DNA of 63,677 nt, counting the filler, from Octopus bimaculoides (Eukaryota): the NCBI RefSeq assembly GCF_001194135.2. It is 6 parts of 6 records of this genome, joined end to end, with 100 filler letters (N's around TTAATTAATTAA, not from the genome) between each part and the next. Parts side by side here need not be neighbours in the genome. Positions count along the whole stretch, not along the records: positions 1 to 15,341 come from NC_068986.1; positions 15,442 to 31,468 come from NC_068992.1; 4 more parts are not named here. One strand, written 5' to 3'. Positions within the stretch are counted from its first letter, which is position 1, and every line of letters starts with the position of its first letter. Shown one piece after another: positions 13,841 through 27,590 of this stretch. The notes below the pieces were generated by a model that did no database searches, was not told the DNA's origin, and saw nothing but the letters and a program-made list of their open reading frames with translations. The translations under genes were made by a program, and so were the position numbers.

Positions 13841-14697
13841 NNNNNNNNNNNNNNNNNNNNNNNNNNNNNNNNNNNNNNNNNNNNNNNNNNNNNNNNNNNN
13901 NNNNNNNNNNNNNNNNNNNNNNNNNNNNNNNNNNNNNNNNNNNNNNNNNNNNNNNNNNNNNNNNNNNNNNNNNNNNNNNNNNNNNNNNNNNNNNNNNNNN
14001 NNNNNNNNNNNNNNNNNNNNNNNNNNNNNNNNNNNNNNNNNNNNNNNNNNNNNNNNNNNNNNNNNNNNNNNNNNNNNNNNNNNNNNNNNNNNNNNNNNNN
14101 NNNNNNNNNNNNNNNNNNNNNNNNNNNNNNNNNNNNNNNNNNNNNNNNNNNNNNNNNNNNNNNNNNNNNNNNNNNNNNNNNNNNNNNNNNNNNNNNNNNN
14201 NNNNNNNNNNNNNNNNNNNNNNNNNNNNNNNNNNNNNNNNNNNNNNNNNNNNNNNNNNNNNNNNNNNNNNNNNNNNNNNNNNNNNNNNNNNNNNNNNNNN
14301 NNNNNNNNNNNNNNNNNNNNNNNNNNNNNNNNNNNNNNNNNNNNNNNNNNNNNNNNNNNNNNNNNNNNNNNNNNNNNNNNNNNNNNNNNNNNNNNNNNNN
14401 NNNNNNNNNNNNNNNNNNNNNNNNNNNNNNNNNNNNNNNNNNNNNNNNNNNNNNNNNNNNNNNNNNNNNNNNNNNNNNNNNNNNNNNNNNNNNNNNNNNN
14501 NNNNNNNNNNATATGTATGTATGTATGCATGTATGTATGTATGTGTGTATGTATATATATTATCGAGTTAAAAAACTGAGATCTAATTGGTACAAATTGA
14601 TTTATTAATTAATCAACTTATTCACCTATAACTGTGTCATTCCACAAACAAAATTTAAATTACAAAACATATATAATATATAATTTTGCAGGAGATT

Positions 14698-14744
<47 letters not shown>

Positions 14745-15050
14745 TCTAAAGCTTCGATTAACATGTCATTATGAGATACTCTTCGGGATCAATTATTTAT
14801 TTTAACTTTACTTATTTCACACACATATTTTTACGTATACACACACTCATAAGCGCGTGCGTGCGTGTGCGTGTATGTGTTTGCGCGTGAATGAGTCTCA
14901 CCCATTCGTGTATGTGTGTGTGGGTGCGTGTATTCGCGCGCATGCGTGTTTGCGCACGCGCGCGTGTGTGTGTGCGTCAACAAGCGCCGATTTGAAACTT
15001 TAAAAGGACAGCCGTACAGAATCTCAATATCCTATGCTACGTATTATCAT

Positions 15051-15172
15051 TAATGTTGTTGTTGCTGTTGCTTTCGTTGTTGTTGTTGATCTTGTTCTTC
15101 TTGTTCTTCTTCTTCTCCTCCTCCTCCTCCTCCTCCTTCTTCTTCTTCTTATTCTTCTTCTTCTTCTTCTTC

Positions 15173-15207
<35 letters not shown>

Positions 15208-15232
15208 GTTGTTATTATTATTATTATTATTG

Positions 15233-15282
<50 letters not shown>

Positions 15283-15340
15283 GTCGTTGCTATTATTATT
15301 ATTATTATTATTGTTGTTGTTGTTGTTGTTGTTGTTGTTA
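15051..15340. repeat. Compound trinucleotide microsatellite (GTT/CTT/CTC/ATT)
   Basis: Direct inspection; explains the poly-L/I/V ORFs. Confidence 0.95.
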
Positions 15341-15341
15341 T

Positions 15342-15441
15342 NNNNNNNNNNNNNNNNNNNNNNNNNNNNNNNNNNNNNNNNNNNNTTAATTAATTAANNN
15401 NNNNNNNNNNNNNNNNNNNNNNNNNNNNNNNNNNNNNNNNN
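15342..15441. other. Artificial 100-bp scaffold join (44 N + TTAATTAATTAA + 44 N)
   Basis: Identical structure five times; the 12-mer is palindromic with stops in all six frames. Confidence 0.95.
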
Positions 15442-15501
<60 letters not shown>

Positions 15502-16559
15502 CATATATACATATATATATTTATATATATATGTATGTATAAACATTCATACATACATGTATAAATGCACATATACATATTATATATATATAGGTGTGTA
15601 TATATCAGAAATCACCAAATATATGTGCGTGCATGAAATATATAAATATGAATCTTTCATACATACACACATATATCTATATAATATTTATATGTAACAT
15701 ATGTATGTATATCTATGTATCTATGCATGTACATACATATATATATATACGTATGTATGTATATGCATATATATATATATATATATATAAACCTATATAT
15801 ATCATTAAAGTTTTATCATTTCTCTAATTTAGCATTATGTTTTTTTGTGACGTATCTCTAATAAATCAATATACTCTACAAGTTTTATTAAACTTCATTA
15901 AATCGTTTTTCCCTACAATTAATTAAATATAGTTACCTCACATATGCCTATCTAACACCAATCTTATAAAAATTACTTGCTGCCCAAAGATTTTGATTTT
16001 CATTTTGAGGATTTTCTGATTGAGAAATATTTCACAGGAGAAATATTCTTTCTCACTCTCAAAACATGAATTTTATATGCATACAACAATTTAAACTTGT
16101 AAATATATAGATATCCTTACTTCTGTTTATGTATGGCGTACATGAATTGATTTTAAAACGTCTATCTCTGTGCTAAATGATAAAGAAGAGAGATGAGTGT
16201 GTGGTGAGACTAGACTTGTTTTGATATTTGTGTGTGAAGATGTTGGAATGGGTGGTATTAGGTCATTGATTTTGACCTTAGTCACAGCAGGCATTTCCTC
16301 AAGGAATTCAAATACCGTTGGGCCAAGAAGCAACCTTTGTTTTGGTGTTGAAGTTCGTTGTCTGACTTGACAAATGATGTTCCCTTAAAGGGTCCTTTTC
16401 ATTACTTCTGGTGGTACAGTGATATAATATAGGAAAATAATCGTCTATTTTTTTAGTTCGCTTATAAGTTCTTCCTTTGTTCAGTTAGATGCTAATGATG
16501 GGTTAGTGTCTCTCTGTTTCATAATGTTCTGTTCGAATTCTAGAAAGGATACATTGATC

Positions 16560-17095
16560 TTATGTTTGCATGATAGAATTACTTTGGAATACTTATTAAT
16601 AATATGTTCCCTGGTTATGATAATCTCCAGAGTTTCCTCTAAACGTAAGTTACACACCCGCGATGTTCTAGTGTATGGTCTAGCGTTTTTCCTTATAGAC
16701 CAGTTGTTTGTATGCTCCACTCCATTCCCTTTGAGCCTCCAGATGAGGTTAGATAATGATGTGCAGTGCTTTTTGTTTCGTTGGGAAATGACGTAAGATG
16801 GTTGTGCAGGCGATTTTTCATGGTATCTCCAGTTGCACCAATGTACACATATTATAGTACACCCGCCTTCACTTCACATTTGTAAACTATGTTCTTTATT
16901 AATTGTTATTAAATTTGCAGTTGTTATTAAATCTGCATTCATTTTTCTGTCTGTAGTTACATGCTACATTATCTCTTCTGGTTCGATTAACCGAGTTATT
17001 ATCCGTGTTCACATTTCTTCTGCCTCCTGCAACAGTGTTGTTATTATTCTCATTTATAGATTGCACTGCCAATGCTATGGCGTTTTAATATGCGT
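16560..17095 (-). pseudogene. Penelope-like element GIY-YIG endonuclease remnant
   Basis: Minus-strand peptides ACNYRQKNEC / NIVYKCEV / YVYIGATGDTMKNRLHNHLTSF / TSLSNLIWRLK / WSIRKNARPYTRTSRVCNLRLEE, with frameshifts. Confidence 0.8.
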
Positions 17096-17344
17096 TTTTT
17101 TTTCCGTTGGCTCACTCTAGTTTTATTTTGTTTAAATAGTATGTATGTATAGAGACATGTGTGTGTGTGTGTGTCTGTATATATGTATGTCTATATATAT
17201 ATACACATACACACACACATATACATATATATACACATATGCACATATATACACATATATATGTATGTATATATGTATATATATATACCTATATATATAT
17301 CTGTATACATATGCGCCCACGTTGGGCGCAATATATCTTTCGGT

Positions 17345-17712
17345 GGAGGCGTGGGTGTGTGGTAAGAAGTTCGCTTCCCAATCACAAGGTTCCGGGTTCA
17401 GTCCCACTGCGTCGCACCTTCACCAGCTGTCTTCTGCTATACGACCAAAACGTTGTGAGTAGATTTGGTAGATGGAAATTAAAGGAAGCCCTTTTTATAT
17501 ATATTTATGTGTGTGCATGGGTGTGTGTGTGTGCGCGCGTGTGTGTGTCTTTGTCGCCCACCGCTTGACAACCACTGTTAGTGTGTTTACTTCACCCATA
17601 ACTTAGCAGTTCAGCAAAAGAGACTGATAGAATAAGCACCAAGTCGATTCATTCGACTTAAGATTCGTCAAGGCATGGCCGCAGCCTGGTGACTCGAGCA
17701 GGTAAAAGATAG
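17345..17712 (+). mobile_element. SINE family B, full length, diverged
   Basis: Head GTGTGTGGTAAGAAG...GGTTCAGTCCC, internal TA/GT tract, tail GGCATGGCCGCAG...GTAAAAGA. Confidence 0.85.
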
Positions 17713-17874
17713 AGTGGCTGTGTGGTAAGAAGCTTGCTTCCCAACCACATGGTTCCGGGTTCAGACCCACTGCGTGGTACCTTGGGCAAATGTCTTCTAC
17801 TATAGTCTCACGCCGACCCAAGCCTTGTGAGTGGATTTGTAGACGGAAACTGAAAGAAACCCGACGTATGTGTG

Positions 17875-17939
<65 letters not shown>

Positions 17940-18116
17940 GTATGTGTGTTTGTGTGTATGTGCTTGTCCCCTCCATCGCTTGACAACCGATGTTGGTGCG
18001 TTTATGTCCCCGTAAAGTAACGGCTCCGTAAAAGATACCGACAGAATAAGTACTAGGCTTGCAAAGAATAAGTCTTGCGGTCGATTTGTTTGAAACAAGT
18101 AAAAGAATAAAAGAAT
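17713..18116 (+). mobile_element. SINE family B, second copy directly head-to-tail
   Basis: AGTGGCTGTGTGGTAAG...CCTTGGGCAAATGTCTTC...GAAACAAGTAAAAGAATAAAAGAAT. Confidence 0.88.
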
Positions 18117-19137
18117 ACATACACACACATACATACATACATACATACACGCACACACTCATACATACAGACATACACTCACACACGCATGCACACTGAC
18201 ACACATACACACGCACAGTCACATACACACATACACTCACACACACACACACGCACGTGTATATATATATATATATATACTTTGAAAAACCGGAAAACTT
18301 TATATCATTTAATCAAGTTTTCTCCCACCCCCACTCTTTCTCTCACGCACAGTATAATCATACATACTTACACTCTTACACTCATACATACATACACACA
18401 CACGCTCACACACACGCTCACACACACACACAGAGATATGCCCGCGCACACACACACATATATGCACACACACACGCACATACACATATACACACGCTCA
18501 TACATAAATGTATATATAAATTTACGATAAAAGCACAACAGAAAAAAAAAACAATTACACCAACAAAAAGTGGAAAACATGATTTTTAAGAAAAAAGAAG
18601 TTATCTTCCACTAAATGTAAATCTTCATTTTGCTTAATTTTGTTTGTCAAGAAAGAATTCTTCCGAAAAAAAATTTTTTAAATAAAGGATTTTTTTTTCT
18701 TTCGTGTTTTAAGTTATAGTTTGTTAATGCGTTTTTGTATCACAAACTCAACGCCAGCCTCCTCTCCATACACGCTTTTATTCATTCAACTAATTATGTT
18801 TTCAATAAAATGTTGTCTTTGGAATTAACGAAGCCACTACGAAGAGAGGGCGGAGAAGAGACGGGGCAGGAAGGGGACGAGCGGGAGAAATTAAGTGAGA
18901 AGGGAGAGAAATAAAGGGGGAGATTAAGAGTGGGGTAGAAGGATTGTGGGGGGAGAAAAAGAGAGAGAGAGAGAGAGTCTGGAAGAGAGAATTTGTATGT
19001 CTAAGAGTATGAGTGTATGCGTGCATTTGTGTGTGTCGTCTGCGCGCGTGTGTGTGTTGTCTGCGCATATGTGCGTGTGTTTGTGTGTGAAAACGAGAGA
19101 AAGTGTTTGTAGATATGTGAGTGTATTTGTGATGTGT

Positions 19138-19212
<75 letters not shown>

Positions 19213-19835
19213 TATGTCTGCGCGTGTGTGAAGAAAGAGATTGTGTTATTGCGTTTGTCTGTGGGAGAGAAAGTTTGTACGTATATGTGTGTGAGCGCCT
19301 GTGTGTATGTGTGTTACAGAAAGAGAGAGAGAGAAAGAGTTTGAGTGTATGTGAGAGAATGTGTGCTCGTATGTCTGAATGTGTGTACGTGAGTGTGAGG
19401 AAAAGAGATTGTGTGTGAGAGGAAGAGTGTGCGTACGTGAATGTGTGTGTGTGTGTGTGTGTGTATGTGTGTGTGTGAGGGAGGCTATGTGTGTGATATA
19501 GAGAGTGTGCAAGAGAAGGAAAGACAGAGAGGGAGAGAGAGGGTGTTTGTGTGTATGTGAGAGAAAAAGAGTGAGTATGCCTGAGAAAGTTTTATGTGGG
19601 TATGTGTCTATATGTTTGTGCGTAAGAGAGGACATACACGTACATATGTATGTGTATTGTGTATGCGTGCGTGCGTGTGTGTGTGTGTGTATGTGTGTGT
19701 ATGCGTGCGCGTGTGTGTGTGTGTGTGAAGATGAGAGAGAGTAACGAAGGAAGAAGCGAAATATTTAATTTTACATGATCTGTCGGTAATAAACTTTAAA
19801 CGTTCACTAGGTAGAACAAATTGGGGAAAAAATCC

Positions 19836-20398
19836 TTCTTCTTCTTCTTCTTCTTCTTCTTCTTCTCCTCCTCCTCCTCCTTTTTCTTCTTCTTCTCCTC
19901 CTCCTTCTCCTCCTTTTTCTTCTTCTTCTTCTTCTTCTTCTTCTCCTCCTTCTTCTTCTTCTTCTTCTTCTTCTCCTCCTCCTTCTCCTCCTTTTTCTTC
20001 TTCTTCTTCTTCTTCTTCTTCTCCTCCTNNNNNNNNNNNNNNNNNNNNNNNNNNNNNNNNNNNNNNNNNNNNNNNNNNNNNNNNNNNNNNNNNNNNNNNN
20101 NNNNNNNNNNNNNNNNNNNNNNNNNNNNNNNNNTTCTTCTTCTTCTTCTTCTTCTTCTTCTTCTTCTCCTCCTCCTTCTCCTCCTTTTTCTTCTTCTTCT
20201 TCTTCTTCTTCTTCTTCTCCTCCTCCTTCTTCTTCTTCTTCTTCTTCTTTTTCTTCTTCTTCTTCTCCTCCTCCTTCTTCTTCTTCTTCTTCTTCTTCTT
20301 CTTCTTCTTCTCCTCCTCCTTCTTCTTCTTCTTCTTCTACTTCTCCTCCTCCTCCTCCTTCTTCTTCTTCTTCTTCTTCTTCTTCTTCTTCTTTTTCT
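19836..20398. repeat. (CTT/CTC)n array spanning an N gap
   Basis: Direct inspection; explains the poly-R/K/E and poly-F/S/L ORFs. Confidence 0.95.
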
Positions 20399-20674
20399 TC
20401 CTTGCCACTCTCCTTCCCTTGTCATTAATTATCTTCTATCCTTAAAAATATATTTCCTTTGTCAACCATCTCCATTGTGTTTTTAGACAATATAATGTCT
20501 TGTATAAATGAGCCAAGTCATTCTGCCGAACACTCTAATGTTACTAAGAGATCCCAATGGTCTCCACTAAAGATATTTACGAACTTTTAATATATGTACC
20601 TACCCAAACAATAGGCCACGAGTTCTTATAATATTTCGATGAATGGGCCATAAAAGTGCTGGAGCGATATATCT

Positions 20675-20874
20675 TTCTTTTATCTTATACTTGTTTCAGT
20701 CATTACACTGCGGCCATGCTGGGGCACCGCCTTGAAGAATTAATAGTCGAATGTATCGACCCCATTACATTTTTTTATATGCCTGGTAAGCCTGGTGCTT
20801 ATTCTATCGATATATTTTGCCGAACCTCTAAGTTACGGAAACATAAACACACCAATACCGGTCGTCAAGCGGTA
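20675..20874 (-). mobile_element. SINE family B 3' half
   Basis: TACTTGTTTCAGTCATT...TGCGGCCATGCTGGGGCACCGCC...GTCAAGCGG is the reverse of the family B tail. Confidence 0.8.
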
Positions 20875-23708
20875 GATTATGTATGTATGTATGTATGTAT
20901 GTATGCATGCTTGCATGTATGTATGTATGTATGTATGTATTTTGCATCAACTGCCAGATATAATTGCTTGCATGCAACAAATATTGTTCAGACATGAAGA
21001 AGCTCTAAGCCCTTCCAGGATTTCAGTTCCCTCGTTTCCTTCACAAAATATTTGTAATGTTCAGAGCTTTTAATAATCGATATCGTAGGGTTACAGCATT
21101 GAGCTTTTGCTACTGTCCCACTGACCAAAAATTACCCCTTATATTTTCCGATAAAGCTATATTTCCGCATGCATCCATGTTAGTGAAGGCCCATTCTACA
21201 CATAAGGTATTTAATTACTATAATAACCGATATAAAAGTTGGTTGGTTGTTTGTTTGAGGGATTGATTTCTCTGAGAAAGAGTAAAAGAGCGATAGAGTG
21301 TGAGTTACCGGAAGCGGCTCAGATTTGGTCACAAGCAAAGCTGCTTTGAGAAAACTGCGTGTGCAGAGTGCTATTAATGTCAACATAATTTCAAAATAAT
21401 TTGGAAAAATAATAGAACATGTTTATTATACAAATATACGAATGAGAAATATGTTTTACTTAATAAATATTTGCATGTTTATTCTTAACACTTTTAGGCA
21501 GGTTCAGATGCAAAATATGCTGGGCGTTGTAGTGTATGTCTTCTCCCATTTAGACATCAGTCTGTTCAACACACTCGGTTTCTTGACGCAGAGCATTCTG
21601 GGACACCGGTGTTTTGACATGTTGTGTGTCGTCAAGCAGACGTAGCCGGAACTTTGAAACTCGCCATAGATGCTGGCTTTGTTTATTTTAAGCTGGTATT
21701 TTTCGTTTGAAATTTAATATTATTTTGTCATCATTTTACATAAGCACCAGAGAATTTTATAAGAGTTAAGTAATAATTATTTATGTATACCATATGTCCT
21801 GTTATTGCTCATGCTGTTAAACCTGTATTTCCAAAGTTACCCGTTGTATTAAGGGTAGCATCCTGGATTGAATATATAATAGCCGACATATATGTCGATT
21901 AATTTTTCCACTCACGTTTTACATCATATAGAGAAAGGGAGAAAGAGAGGAAAAGAAAGTAAAATAGAGATAAAGAGAGGGTTAAATAAGAGGCGTAGGA
22001 TGAGTGAATATACGTAGCTTGGTGGCAGGCAATGAGTAAAAGAATGCTACACACATACAAAGAGAAATGATCACAGAGGCGAGGAGGAAGCGGAGAGGAG
22101 GAGAAGAGGATGACAGTGTCGCCATGAGGTGAGTTATACAAATAAGAAATTTCTTTCATTTAATTTTATTTTAATGTAACTATTTTTTCTTTTGGATAAC
22201 AAGTATTCTTTCTATCATTCTGTAAAAGCACTATGAGATTTCATAAAAATTAAACTATAATCCTTTGTACTATAGGCTGAAGGCCTGAAATTTTGCGGGA
22301 GAGGATAAGTTGATTAGATCACCCCCCCCCCACCCCCACTAGTGCTCAACTAGGGGCCGGGAAAATATGGTATGAAAATGTATGAATATGATATCAAATT
22401 TGGGGAGTGGGGTGATGCTATCGCATTTGTTTGCTTTCAGGTCAGTTGTATCCCAATATGTATCCATACGTCTATCCATATGACTATATAACTATCTACT
22501 TAGTTACCAGTGTATCTATTAGTCACTTTCTCTTTCTCGTATTATCTGTGTGTATATAGATGCTTTTGTGTGTCTATGTGTATGTGCGTACATGTATATN
22601 NNNNNNNNNNNNNNNNNNNNNNNNNNNNNNNNNNNNNNNNNNNNNNNNNNNNNNNNNNNNNNNNNNNNNNNNNNNNNNNNNNNNNNNNNNNNNNNNNNNN
22701 NNNNNNNNNNNNNNNNNNNNNNNNNNNNNNNNNNNNNNNNNNNNNNNNNNNNNNNNNNNNNNNNNNNNNNNNNNNNNNNNNNNNNNNNNNNNNNNNNNNN
22801 NNNNNNNNNNNNNNNNNNNNNNNNNNNNNNNNNNNNNNNNNNNNNNNNNNNNNNNNNNNNNNNNNNNNNNNNNNNNNNNNNNNNNNNNNNNNNNNNNNNN
22901 NNNNNNNNNNNNNNNNNNNNNNNNNNNNNNNNNNNNNNNNNNNNNNNNNNNNNNNNNNNNNNNNNNNNNNNNNATATGCATATATGTATGCATGTGTCAT
23001 CTTCTACTTTCCCCCTTATTTAATTTTTCTATTATTTCCCCGCTTTTAATTTCGATTTCACTTACACCTCCCCCTCTTCATCTGTCTCTGTTTCATCTTC
23101 CCTATTTCCTTCTTCGAATTCTTTCATTCATTCAATAATTTGAGAGACCTAATTCCATTAACGACATACAATTGAATTTAATATCAATCGAAAAGTACCA
23201 TAAAATAACAATTTTCCAAATTATTTTTTAAAACCAAAACATCATTATCATTTTTTTACCCTTTTGTTTATAATTTACACCCGTCCTGAATCCACCTAAG
23301 CCGATATCCAACTACTTTCTTAAAATCCACTCGGACAATATCAAAATTTACGAGTCTTCTTTCTGTCTAAATCTGAGATCCTTTAAGATTTATTCTCGCT
23401 ATTCAACAACCAACCAAAGTATCTTAAGCTAAACCAGCTTAACAGAACTAAAGCTAATTGCTGTGCAATACTTTTATTTAGAATGTATTTTAACAAAAAT
23501 ACAGTTAAACTAATTGAATTGATTTTAAGTCCCTTAGACACTAACATTTCCTTCCGTTCTCTCCAAATAACATTTAAATACATATTTTTTTCATACATAA
23601 ACAACAAATCTAATATGGAAATAGTTTTTTCTCTGCTCCTTTTAATTGAATTCTATTTTCTTTTTCTCTAGACTGTTCACACTGAATTTTTCTATCATAA
23701 TATTTACA

Positions 23709-23839
23709 TTCTGCTGAGGTCGACTTTGCTTTTCATCCTTTCGGGATCGACAGATCAAGTACCAGTTGCGTACTGGTGTCGATCTAATCGACTAGCCCCC
23801 TCCCAAAAGAATTTTGAGCCTTGTGCCTAGAGTAGAAAA
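23709..23839 (+). mobile_element. SINE family A 3' part
   Basis: CTGAGGTCGACTTTGCTTTTCATCCTTTCGGGATCGAC...GAGCCTTGTGCCTAGAGTAGAAAA. Confidence 0.85.
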
Positions 23840-24077
23840 TAAAAGAACACTTACATGCCATTATTTACAGCGTGGTACCTCGGACATGTGTCTTCTACTA
23901 AAACTCCGCGTCGACCAAAAACTTATGGATGGATTTGGTAGACAGAAACAAAAAGAAGCAAATCATGTGTGTGTGTGTGTTTGTGTGTATAATATACATA
24001 CATACATACGTACGTACGTACATACATACATACATACATATCCAATCCAATCTAACAACATATTCTACTAGACTAAA

Positions 24078-24720
24078 AAACGAGAAATCCTATGGCACGC
24101 AGACTTTTCTATACAGGTTAAATCTTAGCCTAAATTATTTTTTAAATTCTGAAATCAAACTTTGCACAGCATCATAGACACAACTTAGTCTTCAACAAAT
24201 CATCAGTCAAAGTATCTTAATTCACCACACCAAATTTAGGAAATATAATAGCCTCTATTAATAGATATAGAATTCAGCTTCAGACTAATACATACCAAGA
24301 CCCTTGCACAGCACCCCATATTAGTCCAAAAAATAACAACACAACTAGTATAAACGGTGGAACAATAAAGAAAACCTGCAATTGTCGTATATCTAATGCA
24401 TGCCCGCTTGGGGACTTCTGTCTGCATAAAAATGTCTTGTAGAAACATCGAGTAAACACCAAGCAAGGACCTACATAAGTAACACTTTAAAGTTTCAACG
24501 GCGATATCGAGCTCACTTAAATTCTTTCACTAAGATAAAATACAAATTCTCGACATCATTAGCCACAAACATACATGATCTTAAATATACAATATACACT
24601 GGATTGGTCCATTTTTTTAAAGAACTCCTCCTTATAATACAATTATATGTAAGTGTAAACTATGCTTAAAAGAGTCATTTATTATTCTGCCTACTCTTGC
24701 AAACAGGTTTTACTCAACAT
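24078..24720 (+). pseudogene. Penelope-like element linker plus GIY-YIG endonuclease remnant
   Basis: Peptides KREILW..FS..VKS / VFNKSSVKVS*..PNLGNII / TCNCRISNACPLGDFCL / FQRRYRAHLNSF..KY..STSL / DWSI / PPYN..CKLCLKESFII, with stops and frameshifts. Confidence 0.85.
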
Positions 24721-25106
24721 TTATGCATTATGATTCTGGATAGAGGTGAGAACCGGCCTTCACACTAATTGAAACTTTTTCTGTAAAATAATATAATACC
24801 CCTCTCGTCTACCTTTAAAGACATCAGTAGCCTTATATTATCGTGCCTTCAACCACTCAAAAACACTTTCACTCCTTGGTCTTTTGGGTATAGCTCTATA
24901 AAAACACTCAGTAGGTAATTCCCATTAGAAAAAAGCAGTGCATGTGAGCCTTTTTAGAAACTTATCTTCCTTAGAAACGGCCGTAGGATTATTAATTGAA
25001 TTAGTAATACCCAAACATTTTATTTTCTAGACTCTTAGCTCATTTTATGACTTCGTTTTATAATCTGTAAGTCGACCTATATATATATATTTACTTTTTC
25101 AATATA

Positions 25107-25344
25107 CAGGCTGTGGCAGAAGTACCGTCCTTTGGCATTTAATAACGTCTATAGTATATAAATGTTTATTAAGTAATTTCTTATTGAACAAAAATTTATT
25201 GCATTACTTAAAGAAACGAACAATAAACTAATGAAAAAAAGAACACAGAAGTTTTAGGAAATTTATTAAGTATTGTTTTATCAAAACAACATGAGTCAAA
25301 TAGAAAACTCAAATACAAAAGGGCGTTACTTCTGCTGTAACCTG
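25107..25344. mobile_element. Tc1/mariner-type MITE, 238 bp, TA target duplication
   Basis: TA-CAGGCTGTGGCAGAAGTACCGTCCTTT ... AAAGGGCGTTACTTCTGCTGTAACCTG-TA; 23/29 inverted match including the TA; AT-rich non-coding interior. Confidence 0.75.
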
Positions 25345-25645
25345 TACTTTTAATGTATATATCTATATATTTATATATTTCTATATGTATATATTTAATG
25401 TATTGAGTACTCCTCTATATATATTTTTATATATCTACATACCTTTGATATGTTTGATATATTGAATATACGTTCGGAGAAATTCATACACAATGGGTCT
25501 AGGGCTGAATAAATACAAATGTATATGTGAACTTGATTTGCCTAAATCTAATTCTTATTTCTGCATTATTTTAACACTCCAAGCTTAATATCCTCTGCAC
25601 TTCAAAGTGAAATTTATGCAGAAGAGGAAATATTTTTCCTTATAA

Positions 25646-25731
<86 letters not shown>

Positions 25732-25741
25732 NNNNNNNNNN

Positions 25742-25775
<34 letters not shown>

Positions 25776-26076
25776 TAGTAGAGTTAGAGGCTGGAATAAC
25801 CATCCAAGGGATAAAAATATCCGTATAAGCGCCATGTTCCAAATCGGATGTATTACCAAATATGAAGAATCTTATTTTTAGAATTTTCAGTGGCAATACC
25901 ATACAACATTGGAAGCAGAAACAGCTGTTAGATGGGATGCAGTCTATTTACATTGAATTAAATATAAATAATGACTATAATAACTAATGTTATTCAATTG
26001 TTGTTGATTAATATTTCTCCATTTTCTGTTTACTTCAAATTATACATGCATAAATACATACGCACACACACACACA

Positions 26077-26171
<95 letters not shown>

Positions 26172-26250
26172 GTGTGTGTGTGTGTAAATATGTATGTATG
26201 TATGTATGTATGTATACAGAAAGAGATAGAGAGAGAGAGAAGAGATAGAT

Positions 26251-26313
<63 letters not shown>

Positions 26314-26532
26314 CATATACAAACNNNNNNNNNNNNNNNNNNNNNNNNNNNNNNNNNNNNNNNNNNNNNNNNNNNNNNNNNNNNNNNNNNNNNNNNNNNN
26401 NNNNNNNNNNNNNNNNNNNNNNNNNNNNNNNNNNNNNNNNNNNNNNNNNNNNNNNNNNNNNNNNNNNNNNNNNNNNNNNNNNNNNNNNNNNNNNNNNNNN
26501 NNNNNNNNNNNNNNNNNAGAGAAGAGATAGAT

Positions 26533-26595
<63 letters not shown>

Positions 26596-26751
26596 CATAT
26601 ACAAACTTCCTTCTAATGACGTAATGTGATAAGTATGTATAAGTGCTCGGGTTGGTTCACCGTTAAAACTCCGATTTAAACTGCAACTAAAACAAAAGTG
26701 GTGATATAGCTGTCAAGCAAAGAATGGTTATAAGTGGTTCATCATTGAGCG

Positions 26752-26810
<59 letters not shown>

Positions 26811-26995
26811 NNNNNNNNNNNNNNNNNNNNNNNNNNNNNNNNNNNNNNNNNNNNNNNNNNNNNNNNNNNNNNNNNNNNNNNNNNNNNNNNNNNNNNNNNN
26901 NNNNNNNNNNNNNNNNNNNNNNNNNNNNNNNNNNNNNNNNNNNNNNNNNNNNNNNNNNNNNNNNNNNNNNNNNNNNNNNNNNNNNNNNNNNNNNN

Positions 26996-27046
<51 letters not shown>

Positions 27047-27343
27047 GAGTAGTATATGATATAGATTTAGAGAGTCATACAGTAAGCTCATCATAGTCTA
27101 CATAGAAATCAGTTTCAAAATAACAAAACAGTGTAATGTAAAGTGTACGTCTAATAAAATATCCAGAAAATCCGACCGATCAAGTTCTTCCGTGAGAAGA
27201 ATGAAAAGCATAATTCAGGAGGTATGAGAGGTGAGCATAGATCCATTTAATCACATGACTTCTGAAGGATTACAGCCGTTGTGCAACTTTCTTCAAGTAT
27301 TTAATTTATTATACAAGAGATGCGTTAATATGTTTGCTCAACA

Positions 27344-27556
27344 AGACGGCGCGCTGGCACAAATGTTAGCACGCCGAATAAAATGCTTAGCGGTATTTCG
27401 TCTGTCTTTACGTTCTGAGTTCAAATTCTGCTGAGGTCGACTTTGTATTTCATCCTTTCGAGATCGATAAATTAAGTATCAGTTGTGTACTGGGGTCGAT
27501 CTAATCGACTGGTCACCTCCCCCAAAATTTCGGGCCTTGAGCCTCGAGTAGAAAAG
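27344..27556 (+). mobile_element. SINE family A, full length, with 17-bp target-site duplication
   Basis: AATATGTTTGCTCAACA at 27327-27343 and at 27557-27573 flanks the element exactly. Confidence 0.92.
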
Positions 27557-27590
27557 AATATGTTTGCTCAACATTACATTACGTAATTGG

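Noticed and set aside
16255-16286. Minus-strand TGACTAA-GGTCA/TGACC hairpin downstream of the PLE remnant
   Set aside because: GAAA is replaced by TAAT and the core is out of register; a relic at best.
25918-25929. GAAACAGCTGTT, the 3' half of a minimal hammerhead with a palindromic loop
   Set aside because: No CTGANGA core or stem II upstream.
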